Below are positions 37,320 through 45,833 of a DNA stretch of 64,000 nucleotides, in pieces (positions within the stretch are counted from its first letter, which is position 1; the number at the start of each line of letters is the position of its first letter). The stretch lies in the NCBI GenBank assembly GCA_965277805.1, contig OZ255842.1, positions 3,712,001-3,776,000 of the forward strand, written 5' to 3'. This DNA comes from Candidatus Lustribacter sp. (GTDB lineage: Bacteria > Vulcanimicrobiota > Vulcanimicrobiia > Vulcanimicrobiales > Vulcanimicrobiaceae). Made by a program: the position numbers and the translations under genes. A model generated the notes under the pieces. That model was not told the origin of the DNA. It made no database searches and worked only from the letters and a program-made list of their open reading frames with translations.

Positions 37320-38255
37320 CTAGACCGTTGAGATGAGCTGCGTTGCGGGGAAGGCGGCTTTTAGGACGCCGTATTTGGCGGCGACGTCGATGCACGGTTG
37401 AATCATCGAAGGATCCATACGCTCACCGTAGAGGATGCGGTTGGCATTACCGACCGCCACCTTGGTGTACTTCTCGAGAATCGCGGCGGATTGCTTCGTG
37501 TTGGCCGGTTTGTTTGCCCATTCCGCCGACTGCTTCATCACCGCGGCAAACTTCCGCGCCGTGTCGAGGTTCGCACTGATCCAATCGGTCTTGGCGAACC
37601 AGCCGCCGATCATGAACTGTTTGCCGATCGCATCGAAGGCTTTGCCGAACGGGCGGGTGCGGCCGGCAGCTAGCGCGGTCGTTGCATCGGGGTCGGCAAG
37701 CAGTGCCATGTCGATGCGGCCGCTGACCAGCGCCGGCTCCATTTCGACGAACGGCATTTCGACGAACTTGATCGCGTTCGAATCGCCGCCGTTCTGATCG
37801 GCCCAGGCTTGCACGGAGATCTGCGTGATGCTCTTGAGGCCGTTCACCGCCACGGTCTTGCCGCTGAGATCCTTGGCCGTCTTCAGCGGTGAGTTCTTGT
37901 CCACGATCATCATCGAGGTTGGTTTGAGCGTGGTGTACATGCCGGCCGCCGCGATCAGCGCGAATGGCAACCCGCGCTCGTGTGCGGCGGCCAGTGAGAT
38001 CAGGTTCGACTGACCGATCTGAACCGAGCCGCCCGCGACCGCTGCGGCCACCTGCGTGCCGAAGTTCGTGATCGATACGGTCGCATCGAGTCCGGCGCTT
38101 TTGAAAAACCCGAGGTCCTGCGCGTAGAAAGCTTGCGCGCCTTGATCGATCGGCAGCGTCATCACGGTGAGCGCCGTATCCGCTCGCACGAGTTGCGGCG
38201 CAAGTGCGAGCGCGGCCGTCGCGCCGGTCGCGGTGAGAAAGCGCGCGCGATCCAT
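37320..38255 (-). CDS. ABC substrate-binding protein, NMT1/SsuA/TauA-like
   Basis: MDRARFL signal-like N-terminus; FYAQDLGFFK, AVAGG, KDLSGK, GRIDM. Confidence 0.85.
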   Translation of the reverse strand: MDRARFLTATGATAALALAPQLVRADTALTVMTLPIDQGAQAFYAQDLGFFKSAGLDATVSITNFGTQVAAAVAGGSVQIGQSNLISLAAAHERGLPFALIAAAGMYTTLKPTSMMIVDKNSPLKTAKDLSGKTVAVNGLKSITQISVQAWADQNGGDSNAIKFVEMPFVEMEPALVSGRIDMALLADPDATTALAAGRTRPFGKAFDAIGKQFMIGGWFAKTDWISANLDTARKFAAVMKQSAEWANKPANTKQSAAILEKYTKVAVGNANRILYGERMDPSMIQPCIDVAAKYGVLKAAFPATQLISTV

Positions 38256-38256
38256 C

Positions 38257-39819
38257 CTAAGCGTTTGCCTTCTTGTCGACCAGTTTGTAGCGGCCCTCAG
38301 CGGCCTCACGGCCGAGCACGCCTTCGTTGCGCAGTTCGTCGAGCATCACGACGACTTCGCGGCCGTCGGCGGTGCCGAGCGCGGCCATCAGTTGTTCGAA
38401 GTACTTCGGCCCGTCGGCGAGCGCGTCGCGCACCGAGGCGAAACGCGGACCAACGAACGACGGCGGATTCGGTAAACTGAACTCGAGACCGCTCTTGCCG
38501 CCGAACGGCAGCGTGAGGTCGAAGCCGCACTTCGAGCCGACCTTCTGATCGGCCGGCAGCGAGGGATCGAGCGGCGAGACGCGATAGCCGCTCTCGACGT
38601 AGACGTCGTGATCGGGCTGCAGGCGCGTCGCGATCGCCCATTCCATCTGCTCGTCGGAGAAGATGTCGATGTCGGGGTCGACGACGAACACGTTCTTCAC
38701 GTTGCCCATGCAGGCGAACACCGCCGACATCGCGTTGCGCGCTTCACCGGCGTTGCGCTGACGGATCGCGCAGCGCACGTTGTAGACGCCGCCGGTCGCC
38801 GGGGGTGCGTACACCGCGACGGGTTCGCGAATCGCGTTCTGCAGCGCGCGCCACACCAGCGCTTCGGTGCGCAGCGTCGTGAGCTGCGCGGTATCGGTGC
38901 GGCTGAGCGTTTTGCCGCTGATGCTCAGCGTTTGGAAGAGGGCGTCTTTGCGATGCGTGATCGCGGTGATGTGGAACACCGGATTCGTCTTCACGCCGCC
39001 GTAGTAGCCGAGGAACTCACCGAACGGGCCTTCGGATTCGATGTAGCCTTCGTCGCCGAGATAGCCTTCGATCACGTACTCGGCATCGGCCGGCACGCGG
39101 ATGTCGTTGGTCACGCTCTTGACGGTTGGCAGCGGCGCGTCGCGCAGCGACGACATCAAGCCGATTTCATCGCCCGGGATGCGCATCGTGGCAGCGAAGT
39201 AGTCGATCGGATGACTGCCGACGACGATGCTGAGCGGCAGCCGTTCGCCGCGCTCGACCGACGCCTTGTAGATGTTGCGCAGATCGCTGACGGCGACGAG
39301 ATCGATGCCGGTCTCGTGTTTGCCGCGCAGCATCAAACGGCGCAGGCCGACGTTGCTGAGGCCGGTTGCGGCATCCATCGAGATGTCGAGCGCCGCGGAG
39401 ATATACGGGCCGCCGTCGAGGCCGTGATGCACGTGCACCGGCAGCTTCGTCACGTCGGCATCGGCGCCGGTCAGGATCACTTCATGCACCGGCGCTTGCG
39501 CGCTCGTCAGCTCGATGAATTCGGGCTTGCGATTGAGCCGGCGCATGATTTCGGTCAGCAGGCCTGCGGCCGGCACGCCGAACGCGCGCGCCATGCGTTC
39601 CCGGCTGCCGAGCGCGTTGCCGACCAGCGATTGATGATCGGGGCCGACGTTCGTGAAGAGCACCGCGCGCGGGTTGCCTTCGAGAATCGCCGCCACCGCG
39701 GCGAGCGACAGCGGCTCGTCATGCCGTTCGAGCTGCTCTGCGTCGAGGTTTTCGACGAAATTCTTCAGCCGAAACTTCTCGGTATCGACGCCCGCCGGCA
39801 CACGCTCTGCACTGATCAT
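38257..39819 (-). CDS. UbiD-family (de)carboxylase with C-terminal extension
   Basis: DGGPYIS, NVGLRR, EGPFGEFLGYY, VVDPDIDI, WAIATR, LDPS; about 60 extra C-terminal residues. Confidence 0.92.
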   Translation of the reverse strand: MISAERVPAGVDTEKFRLKNFVENLDAEQLERHDEPLSLAAVAAILEGNPRAVLFTNVGPDHQSLVGNALGSRERMARAFGVPAAGLLTEIMRRLNRKPEFIELTSAQAPVHEVILTGADADVTKLPVHVHHGLDGGPYISAALDISMDAATGLSNVGLRRLMLRGKHETGIDLVAVSDLRNIYKASVERGERLPLSIVVGSHPIDYFAATMRIPGDEIGLMSSLRDAPLPTVKSVTNDIRVPADAEYVIEGYLGDEGYIESEGPFGEFLGYYGGVKTNPVFHITAITHRKDALFQTLSISGKTLSRTDTAQLTTLRTEALVWRALQNAIREPVAVYAPPATGGVYNVRCAIRQRNAGEARNAMSAVFACMGNVKNVFVVDPDIDIFSDEQMEWAIATRLQPDHDVYVESGYRVSPLDPSLPADQKVGSKCGFDLTLPFGGKSGLEFSLPNPPSFVGPRFASVRDALADGPKYFEQLMAALGTADGREVVVMLDELRNEGVLGREAAEGRYKLVDKKANA

Positions 39820-39822
39820 GAC

Positions 39823-41481
39823 CTAACCTCCCGCAACGAGTTCTCCAGGTATCTTCCACGCATAGGGCGCGGCACCGCGCACGCAATCGGCCAGCAGACC
39901 CGGCTCCGGCATCGATGCGCCGCGCCAGGCCACATGTCCGTCCGGACGCACTAAGACGAGCGGCGCCGCGTACAACGTCACCGCGGCCGGTTCGCCCGAC
40001 AGATCGACCACCTTGACCGGGACCTTGCGCTCGCGCAGCGCGGCCGCGACCGGCTCGGGCTGCGCCTCGGCCGTGAACTGTAAGAGCACGAAGCCGTCGC
40101 CGAAGAGATCGAGCGTCGACCGCCCGTCGGAGAGGTACACGTGCGGCGCGCGGGCCCCGGCGCGCGACTCTTGCACGTACCTAGCGACTTCGAGCGGCGG
40201 AGCAACCGTGCCGTCGGGCCAGTTGATCGGCGATTCGTCGTACCGGTAGCCGAGATGGATGCCCAGCGTGTACCACTCGTGGCTCATCGCCTTGGCGTAC
40301 CGCGGCCCGAGTTCGGCCCGCGTGGCCTCGCCTTCGGGCGTAGCGTCGCACAGCGCCGGATTCTTGCCGGGCGAGAGCATGCGGGCGAGGTTCGCGCTCG
40401 ACTCGCGGCCGTTGCGCACGGCGACCGGCCGCCGTTCGGGCGTGTAGGATTCGAGTAGCCCCGCGCCGCCCCAGCCGCGCAGCGTTGCATCGAGTTTCCA
40501 GCTGAGGTCGACCGCATCGCCGATCCCGGTGTTCATGCCGAAGCCGCCGGTCGGCGACATCACGTGCGCCGCATCGCCGGCGATGAAGACGCGGCCTTGC
40601 TGATAGGTTTGCGCGACGAGTTCGCGCCGCGTCCACGACGTAACGGAGAGGATCTCGAAGTCGAAATCGATGCCGACCGCGCGGCGGATTTCGTTCGCGA
40701 TTTCTTCGCGCGTAAAACCGTCGGGCGGCGAGTTCGTGATCGACATGCGCCAGCGGTCCCAGCCGTTGATCGCGACGATCGTCGACCACATGCCTTCGGG
40801 GCTCAGGATGATGAAGCGGTACGCTTCGCCCTTGTCATGCAGCGAAAGCAATTGCGGCGCGCGGAAAATGATGTTCGTCGTTTGCGAGAGGACCGGCGTG
40901 CCTTCCATGCCGCCCGCGATTTGCTTCGCGATGCGGCTGCCCGCGCCGTCGCAGCCGACCAGGTACTGCGCTTCGAGGTCGAACGTTTTTTCCGTTGTCA
41001 GATCGGTGACGTGCGCTATGACGCCGGCGTCGTTTTGTTCGAAGCCGGTGAGCTGGTGGCGATAGCGTAGGTCGACGTGCGGAAACGAACGGGCCCATGC
41101 GGTCAGGATCGGGTCGAACATGTCTTGCGGACAGCGTTCGCGCTTCTGCGGGCTCTGTTCGGGCGGTTTGCTTTCGCGCATCGACGGAAAACGTTCGCGG
41201 CTGAGCTCGTAGCCCGTGAGGCTCGTGACGTAGACGTTGTCTTGCGCCAGATCGCGGTTGTACGCGCTCGCTTCGACGTTCGGCACGATGCCCCAGCGCC
41301 GGCAGAACTCCATCGTGCGCACGCCCACCATGTCCATGCGCGGCTGTTCGATCGTTCCGTCGCTGCGCTCGAGCACGGTGACCGCCTGACCGCGCGTGGC
41401 CAAATCGCCGGCAAGCGCGAGGCCGACAGGGCCGGCACCGACGATGAGGATCGGAGCGGAAACGGAGCTATTCGCGGACAC
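39823..41481 (-). CDS. FAD-dependent aromatic monooxygenase (class A, PheA/TfdB-like)
   Basis: IVGAGPVG, VGCDGAGS, GRVFIAGDAAH..SPTGGFGMNTG, LVRPDGHVAWR. Confidence 0.92.
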   Translation of the reverse strand: MSANSSVSAPILIVGAGPVGLALAGDLATRGQAVTVLERSDGTIEQPRMDMVGVRTMEFCRRWGIVPNVEASAYNRDLAQDNVYVTSLTGYELSRERFPSMRESKPPEQSPQKRERCPQDMFDPILTAWARSFPHVDLRYRHQLTGFEQNDAGVIAHVTDLTTEKTFDLEAQYLVGCDGAGSRIAKQIAGGMEGTPVLSQTTNIIFRAPQLLSLHDKGEAYRFIILSPEGMWSTIVAINGWDRWRMSITNSPPDGFTREEIANEIRRAVGIDFDFEILSVTSWTRRELVAQTYQQGRVFIAGDAAHVMSPTGGFGMNTGIGDAVDLSWKLDATLRGWGGAGLLESYTPERRPVAVRNGRESSANLARMLSPGKNPALCDATPEGEATRAELGPRYAKAMSHEWYTLGIHLGYRYDESPINWPDGTVAPPLEVARYVQESRAGARAPHVYLSDGRSTLDLFGDGFVLLQFTAEAQPEPVAAALRERKVPVKVVDLSGEPAAVTLYAAPLVLVRPDGHVAWRGASMPEPGLLADCVRGAAPYAWKIPGELVAGG

Positions 41482-41517
41482 GCAGACCCCTTAGGAAAAA
41501 AATGTTATGGTAGTATA

Positions 41518-42534
41518 GTGAAACGCATAGCAGTCGTTCTCCTCGCCTTCGCCCTCATTACGGGCAGCGGCGCTTCGGCCGCCGGACCGGCGGACCAAGC
41601 GCTGGAAGACACGGTCGTCTGGTACGGCACGCCCGGCACGCGCGCTTACGTGCAGCCGGCGCTCGACGTGTGGGCAAAACTTCATCCGCACACCGCTATC
41701 AACGTAGTAGAAGGCAACGGGCCCGATATTCTGGAGCGGGTCAATACCGAAGCACGCGCCGGACACCCGGTGGCCGACCTGATCACGCTCGGCGACCTGG
41801 CGATGTGGCAGCTCGCTTCGGTCAATGGCCTCGGTACGTACGCCCCCAATCTCGTGCCCAATGTACGCGCCGTCGTTCCGCGCATCAAGGATCTCGTCGA
41901 TACGCAGCACCGCTTCGTACCGACATATCTGATCCTCTTCGGCATGACGGTCAACACCAACGCGCTTGCGCCCGCGCAGCAGCCGAGCCGCTGGAGCGAT
42001 CTGCTCGATCCGAAATACGCCGGTCAAATCGGCATGCACGACATCGGCTTGCTCGGCGCGGGGCTCAGCCTCGTGATGGTCGGCCGCGCTACGCTCGGCG
42101 ATAACTTCTATCAGAACCTGGTGAGCAAACAGCGGCCGCGCACGTACGGCCGCGCCCCGGAGCTCGACGCCGCCGTGCAGAGCGGCGGACGCGCCATCGC
42201 GATCCCCTCGACGTATGCCAACGCGATGCAGGCCAAAGGCGCACCGATTCGCTGGATCGCGCCGAAAGACGGCGTGTTTTTCGTTGCCGTGTATACCGGC
42301 ATGGTGAAGAACGCGACGCACCCGCGCGCCGCCCAAGCGTTTATGAATTTTCTGCTCGACCGCGACACGCAGTCGGCGATCGCGGCGGCCAACTTGATAC
42401 CGGTGACGACGCTGGCCGCTTCACCGGTCGATCTCGCGAAACTGAAGTTCCTCGGCAAGGGATCGGTCACCGAAGATCAAGCCACGCATCTCGGCGACTG
42501 GTTAGCGATCGGCCAGCACCTCAAAGGCGAATAG
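41518..42534 (+). CDS. ABC substrate-binding protein (Fe3+/thiamine/polyamine-type family)
   Basis: Signal peptide; PSRWSDLLDPKYAG; HPRAAQAFMNFLL. GTG start follows TGtTATGGT. Confidence 0.82.
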   Translation: MKRIAVVLLAFALITGSGASAAGPADQALEDTVVWYGTPGTRAYVQPALDVWAKLHPHTAINVVEGNGPDILERVNTEARAGHPVADLITLGDLAMWQLASVNGLGTYAPNLVPNVRAVVPRIKDLVDTQHRFVPTYLILFGMTVNTNALAPAQQPSRWSDLLDPKYAGQIGMHDIGLLGAGLSLVMVGRATLGDNFYQNLVSKQRPRTYGRAPELDAAVQSGGRAIAIPSTYANAMQAKGAPIRWIAPKDGVFFVAVYTGMVKNATHPRAAQAFMNFLLDRDTQSAIAAANLIPVTTLAASPVDLAKLKFLGKGSVTEDQATHLGDWLAIGQHLKGE

Positions 42535-42978
42535 TTGAGCGATCTGTTGCCGCTCGACGAGAGCCTCGATTTCCTGATTCGCGATACGCGTCGCGTGCTG
42601 CTGAAATCGATCGAAGCGCGACTGGCCAAAGACGGCATTCCGCTCGGCGCTTGGTTTCCGCTGCGCATCCTCTACGAAGAAGACGGGATCACGCAGCGCG
42701 AACTGAGCCGCAAACTCGGCTACTTAGATGCGGCAGCCGGCTCGATCGTCGAGGTCATGGAGAAGCTGAAACTCGTGCGCCGCCAGCGCAACGAAACCGA
42801 TCGCAGAAAGATCAACGTCTTTCTCACGCCGCTCGGCAAACGCATGGGCAAAAAAACAATCGATCACATGCGCGCCGTCAACGAACGAATCGCCCTCGGC
42901 CTCACCAAAACCGACGAAGAAACCCTGCGAACCCTCCTCCGCCAAGCCCACGACAACCTCACCCGCCCAACTGACTAA
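42535..42978 (+). CDS. MarR-family regulator
   Basis: DGITQRELS, LVRRQRNETDRRKINVFLTPLG. Confidence 0.92.
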   Translation: MSDLLPLDESLDFLIRDTRRVLLKSIEARLAKDGIPLGAWFPLRILYEEDGITQRELSRKLGYLDAAAGSIVEVMEKLKLVRRQRNETDRRKINVFLTPLGKRMGKKTIDHMRAVNERIALGLTKTDEETLRTLLRQAHDNLTRPTD

Positions 42979-42984
42979 CTCCAT

Positions 42985-43008
42985 TGTCATCCCGAGCTTG
43001 TCGAGGAC
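42985..43008 (+). repeat. REP-like repeat type A (1-nt deletion)
   Basis: TGTCATCCCGAGCTTGTCGAGGAC, 6 nt after the MarR stop. Confidence 0.88.
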
Positions 43009-43055
43009 AGCGATAGTCGTTGTCGCGCAGTGCTGCGCTGAAGCTCGCCAAGCCA

Positions 43056-43091
43056 CGCCTCGAGATGCCGAGCGCGCAGGCGCGAGGTGTT
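43056..43091 (+). repeat. REP-like repeat type B
   Basis: CGCCTCGAGATGCCGAGCGCGCAGGCGCGAGGTGTT. Confidence 0.82.
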
Positions 43092-43105
43092 CTTACCGAC
43101 CTCGG

Positions 43106-43681
43106 TTAGGAGGCTTGTTGCGCTACGCCTACGACGACCTTGCGGGCGCGGCGGACTGAGGCGGCGGGGGGCTTTGTTTCTTCGAAGCCGCGGTTGATGG
43201 AGAGTAGCAGTTCCATGAGGTGGCGGCGATCAGCGGTTGAAACGTGGCGCAGCTTTTCTTCGATCATGCGGTGGTGCATCGGCGCAGCAACTTGCATCAG
43301 CTTGACGCCCTTCGGGGTGAGCTTGACGACGACGCTGCGCGCATCGCGCGGGTTCTTGGTTCGTTTGACCAGCCCGTCGCGCTCCAGCCGCTGGACCATC
43401 TGCGCGACGCTCGCATGCGTGGTATGCACGTAGAGACGGATTTCGTTCTGCGTCAGCGTGTAATCCGCACCGGCCGCATAGAGGGTGACCAGATGATTGT
43501 AACTGCCCGAGTTGAGCCCGAGGCCGGCGAGCCATCCGTTCGCCTCGTCGTTGATACGCTGTGCGAGCGCGCGGATGGCAAAGAATACGCGCGTCGAATC
43601 GCGATTATACTCCCCGGGAAACTGCTCTTCGAGCGGCTGGACCATCGCGTCGGTGAGAGCGAGTATCCTCTTGTCGGCCAT
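43106..43681 (-). CDS. MarR-family regulator
   Basis: LTQNEI, VQRLERDGLVKRTKNPRDARSVVVKLTPKG. Confidence 0.9.
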   Translation of the reverse strand: MADKRILALTDAMVQPLEEQFPGEYNRDSTRVFFAIRALAQRINDEANGWLAGLGLNSGSYNHLVTLYAAGADYTLTQNEIRLYVHTTHASVAQMVQRLERDGLVKRTKNPRDARSVVVKLTPKGVKLMQVAAPMHHRMIEEKLRHVSTADRRHLMELLLSINRGFEETKPPAASVRRARKVVVGVAQQAS

Positions 43682-43774
43682 CGGGATCAAATTCGCCGGG
43701 TTGCCGGGGTCGTCCGCCCCAGGTAAACTCAGGCGCCATAGAAAAATTCTTCAACAACCATCAAGGAGAACCGC

Positions 43775-44632
43775 ATGTCCGCCACTCGTTCGCGCTACGT
43801 CATCGCCAACGGCATCCGCACGCACTACACCGAGGCAGGCGAAGACGGCCCCGTGGTGGTCTGCCTGCATGGCGGCGGCGCGGGTTCATCCGGTGACGCG
43901 GGCATGGGCGGACTGCTGCCCGAGTTGGCGCCGAACTTCCGCGTGCTCGCCATCGACGGCGTCGGCGGCTTCGGCCTGACCGACACGAACGCGCCGACGC
44001 CCTACGGCGTGCAGAGCCGCGTCGACCACCTCGAAGCGGTGCTCGATACGCTGATGATCGACAAGTTCATCATCTGCGGCAATTCTCAAGGCGCTTGGGT
44101 GGCCGCGAAATATGCGATCCTGCATCCTGACCGCGTGCAAAAGATGATGATTATCGGCAGCGCCACGATCGCGGCCGCGATGGGCATCCCCGAAGAGTTC
44201 ACGCCGGCGTTCAAAGCCTTGGCGAACTACGACTACACGCGCGACGGCATGAAGAAAATGCTCGAAGCGCTCGTGCACAACCATGCGAAGATCGACGACA
44301 AGCTGATCGAGGGCCGCTACGAATCGTCGGTTCGTCCGGGCGCGAAGGAAGCGCTAGCCGCGTTCCAAGTCGGCCACCGCTATCTGCAAAGCGACGTCAT
44401 GCGTTGGAACTTCGACATGCGCACGTCGCTGCCGGAACTCACCAAACACATCAAGACGGTCTCGGTGTGGGGTAAGGAAGATCAGATGGCGCCGGTCAAG
44501 GTCGGCCAGCAGCTCGAAAAACTGCTGCCCGACGTGAAATGGGAATACGTCGAGGGCGCCGGACATCAAGTGCAGACCGATCATCCCGAACGTCTCGCCA
44601 AGATCATTCTCGATCTCTCCAAGAGCAGCTAA
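43775..44632 (+). CDS. Alpha/beta hydrolase, meta-cleavage-product hydrolase-like
   Basis: AAGGAG RBS; LHGGGAG, GNSQG, WGKED, AGHQVQTD. Confidence 0.85.
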   Translation: MSATRSRYVIANGIRTHYTEAGEDGPVVVCLHGGGAGSSGDAGMGGLLPELAPNFRVLAIDGVGGFGLTDTNAPTPYGVQSRVDHLEAVLDTLMIDKFIICGNSQGAWVAAKYAILHPDRVQKMMIIGSATIAAAMGIPEEFTPAFKALANYDYTRDGMKKMLEALVHNHAKIDDKLIEGRYESSVRPGAKEALAAFQVGHRYLQSDVMRWNFDMRTSLPELTKHIKTVSVWGKEDQMAPVKVGQQLEKLLPDVKWEYVEGAGHQVQTDHPERLAKIILDLSKSS

Positions 44633-44651
44633 AGCCGAACGAGGGCTCCGC

Positions 44652-45818
44652 ATGTTGACACGCGAGCAAAACGAACGCCTAACACGCGTCGGACCGGAAA
44701 CACCCGGCGGCAAGCTGTTGCGCCGTTATTGGCAAGCGCTCTGCCCGACGAAAGAACTCGCGCACGACGTCGACCGTAAGCGGATCCGCATCCTGGGCGA
44801 GGATTTGCTGCTCTTCCGCGATGCGCAAGGAACGATCCGCTGCGTGCAAGAGCGCTGTCCGCATCGCAGCGCGTCGCTCTACTTCGGGTTTGTCGAACCC
44901 GACGGTATTCGCTGCTGCTACCACGGCTGGAAGTTCGACTGCGTGAACGGACAGTGCGTCGAGCGTCCGTTCGAACCGGCGGCGCCGCACGCCGGCATCA
45001 AACTCAAGACGTATCCGGTGCAGGCGCTGGGCGGACTGCTCTTCGTCTACATGGGGCCCGATCCGGACAAAGCGCCGCTGCTGCCGCGCTGGGACGTGCT
45101 CGCGCGCGAGGACAAGGGCAAGAGCATTCTCGTGATGCCCGAGCATCATTGCAACTGGCTGCAGATTCAAGAAAACACCGCGGACTCCGTGCACACGTTC
45201 TATCTGCACGGTCATCGCGCGGCGGTGCTGAACGGCGGCGTGCCCGATCGCATCTCGGCGTACTTCTATCGTCCGATCAAAGCGTACGATTGGAAAACCT
45301 CGCACTGGGGCGTCGAGAAAATGGTCGAGTACGGCGGCGATCAAGCCGAACTCGAAGTGCGGCCGCCGCTGATCTTTCCGAATATTCTGCGTATCCCGGA
45401 AGGCCCGGTCGAAGCGCTGCACTTCCGCGTGCCGATCGACGATGAGTGGACGCGGATCATCTGGATCGGCCTCTACGCCGGCGTCCCCGGCGGCGAGATG
45501 GGCCCGGCCGACCAGGTCCCCTATACCTACGCCGTCGATCCGCCGGGCGTCACCGTCGAGACGGTCGACATCTCGACGTTTTACGGCCAGGACCGCGTCG
45601 TCTGGGAAACCCAGGGCGCGATTACCGACCGCTCGGTGGAGACGTTGGGCGCTTCGGATCGGGGAATCGTCCTTTTCCGCCGAATGCTGGCCGACCAGAT
45701 CGACAGAGTCGAGCGCGGCGAAGAGCCCGATGTTGCGGTGGTGCGCGATCCGGCGCAGAATGAATGCATCACCTTCGACGTCACGACACCGTGGTTTGAG
45801 ATGAGCAATGCTAGCTGA
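44652..45818 (+). CDS. Rieske non-heme iron oxygenase alpha subunit (phthalate 4,5-dioxygenase/LigXa-like)
   Basis: RVGPETPGGKLLRRYW; CPH..CCYHGW Rieske site; ENTADSVHTFYLH; QD mononuclear Fe site. Confidence 0.92.
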   Translation: MLTREQNERLTRVGPETPGGKLLRRYWQALCPTKELAHDVDRKRIRILGEDLLLFRDAQGTIRCVQERCPHRSASLYFGFVEPDGIRCCYHGWKFDCVNGQCVERPFEPAAPHAGIKLKTYPVQALGGLLFVYMGPDPDKAPLLPRWDVLAREDKGKSILVMPEHHCNWLQIQENTADSVHTFYLHGHRAAVLNGGVPDRISAYFYRPIKAYDWKTSHWGVEKMVEYGGDQAELEVRPPLIFPNILRIPEGPVEALHFRVPIDDEWTRIIWIGLYAGVPGGEMGPADQVPYTYAVDPPGVTVETVDISTFYGQDRVVWETQGAITDRSVETLGASDRGIVLFRRMLADQIDRVERGEEPDVAVVRDPAQNECITFDVTTPWFEMSNAS

Positions 45819-45833
45819 GCAGAGGAGCCGCTG

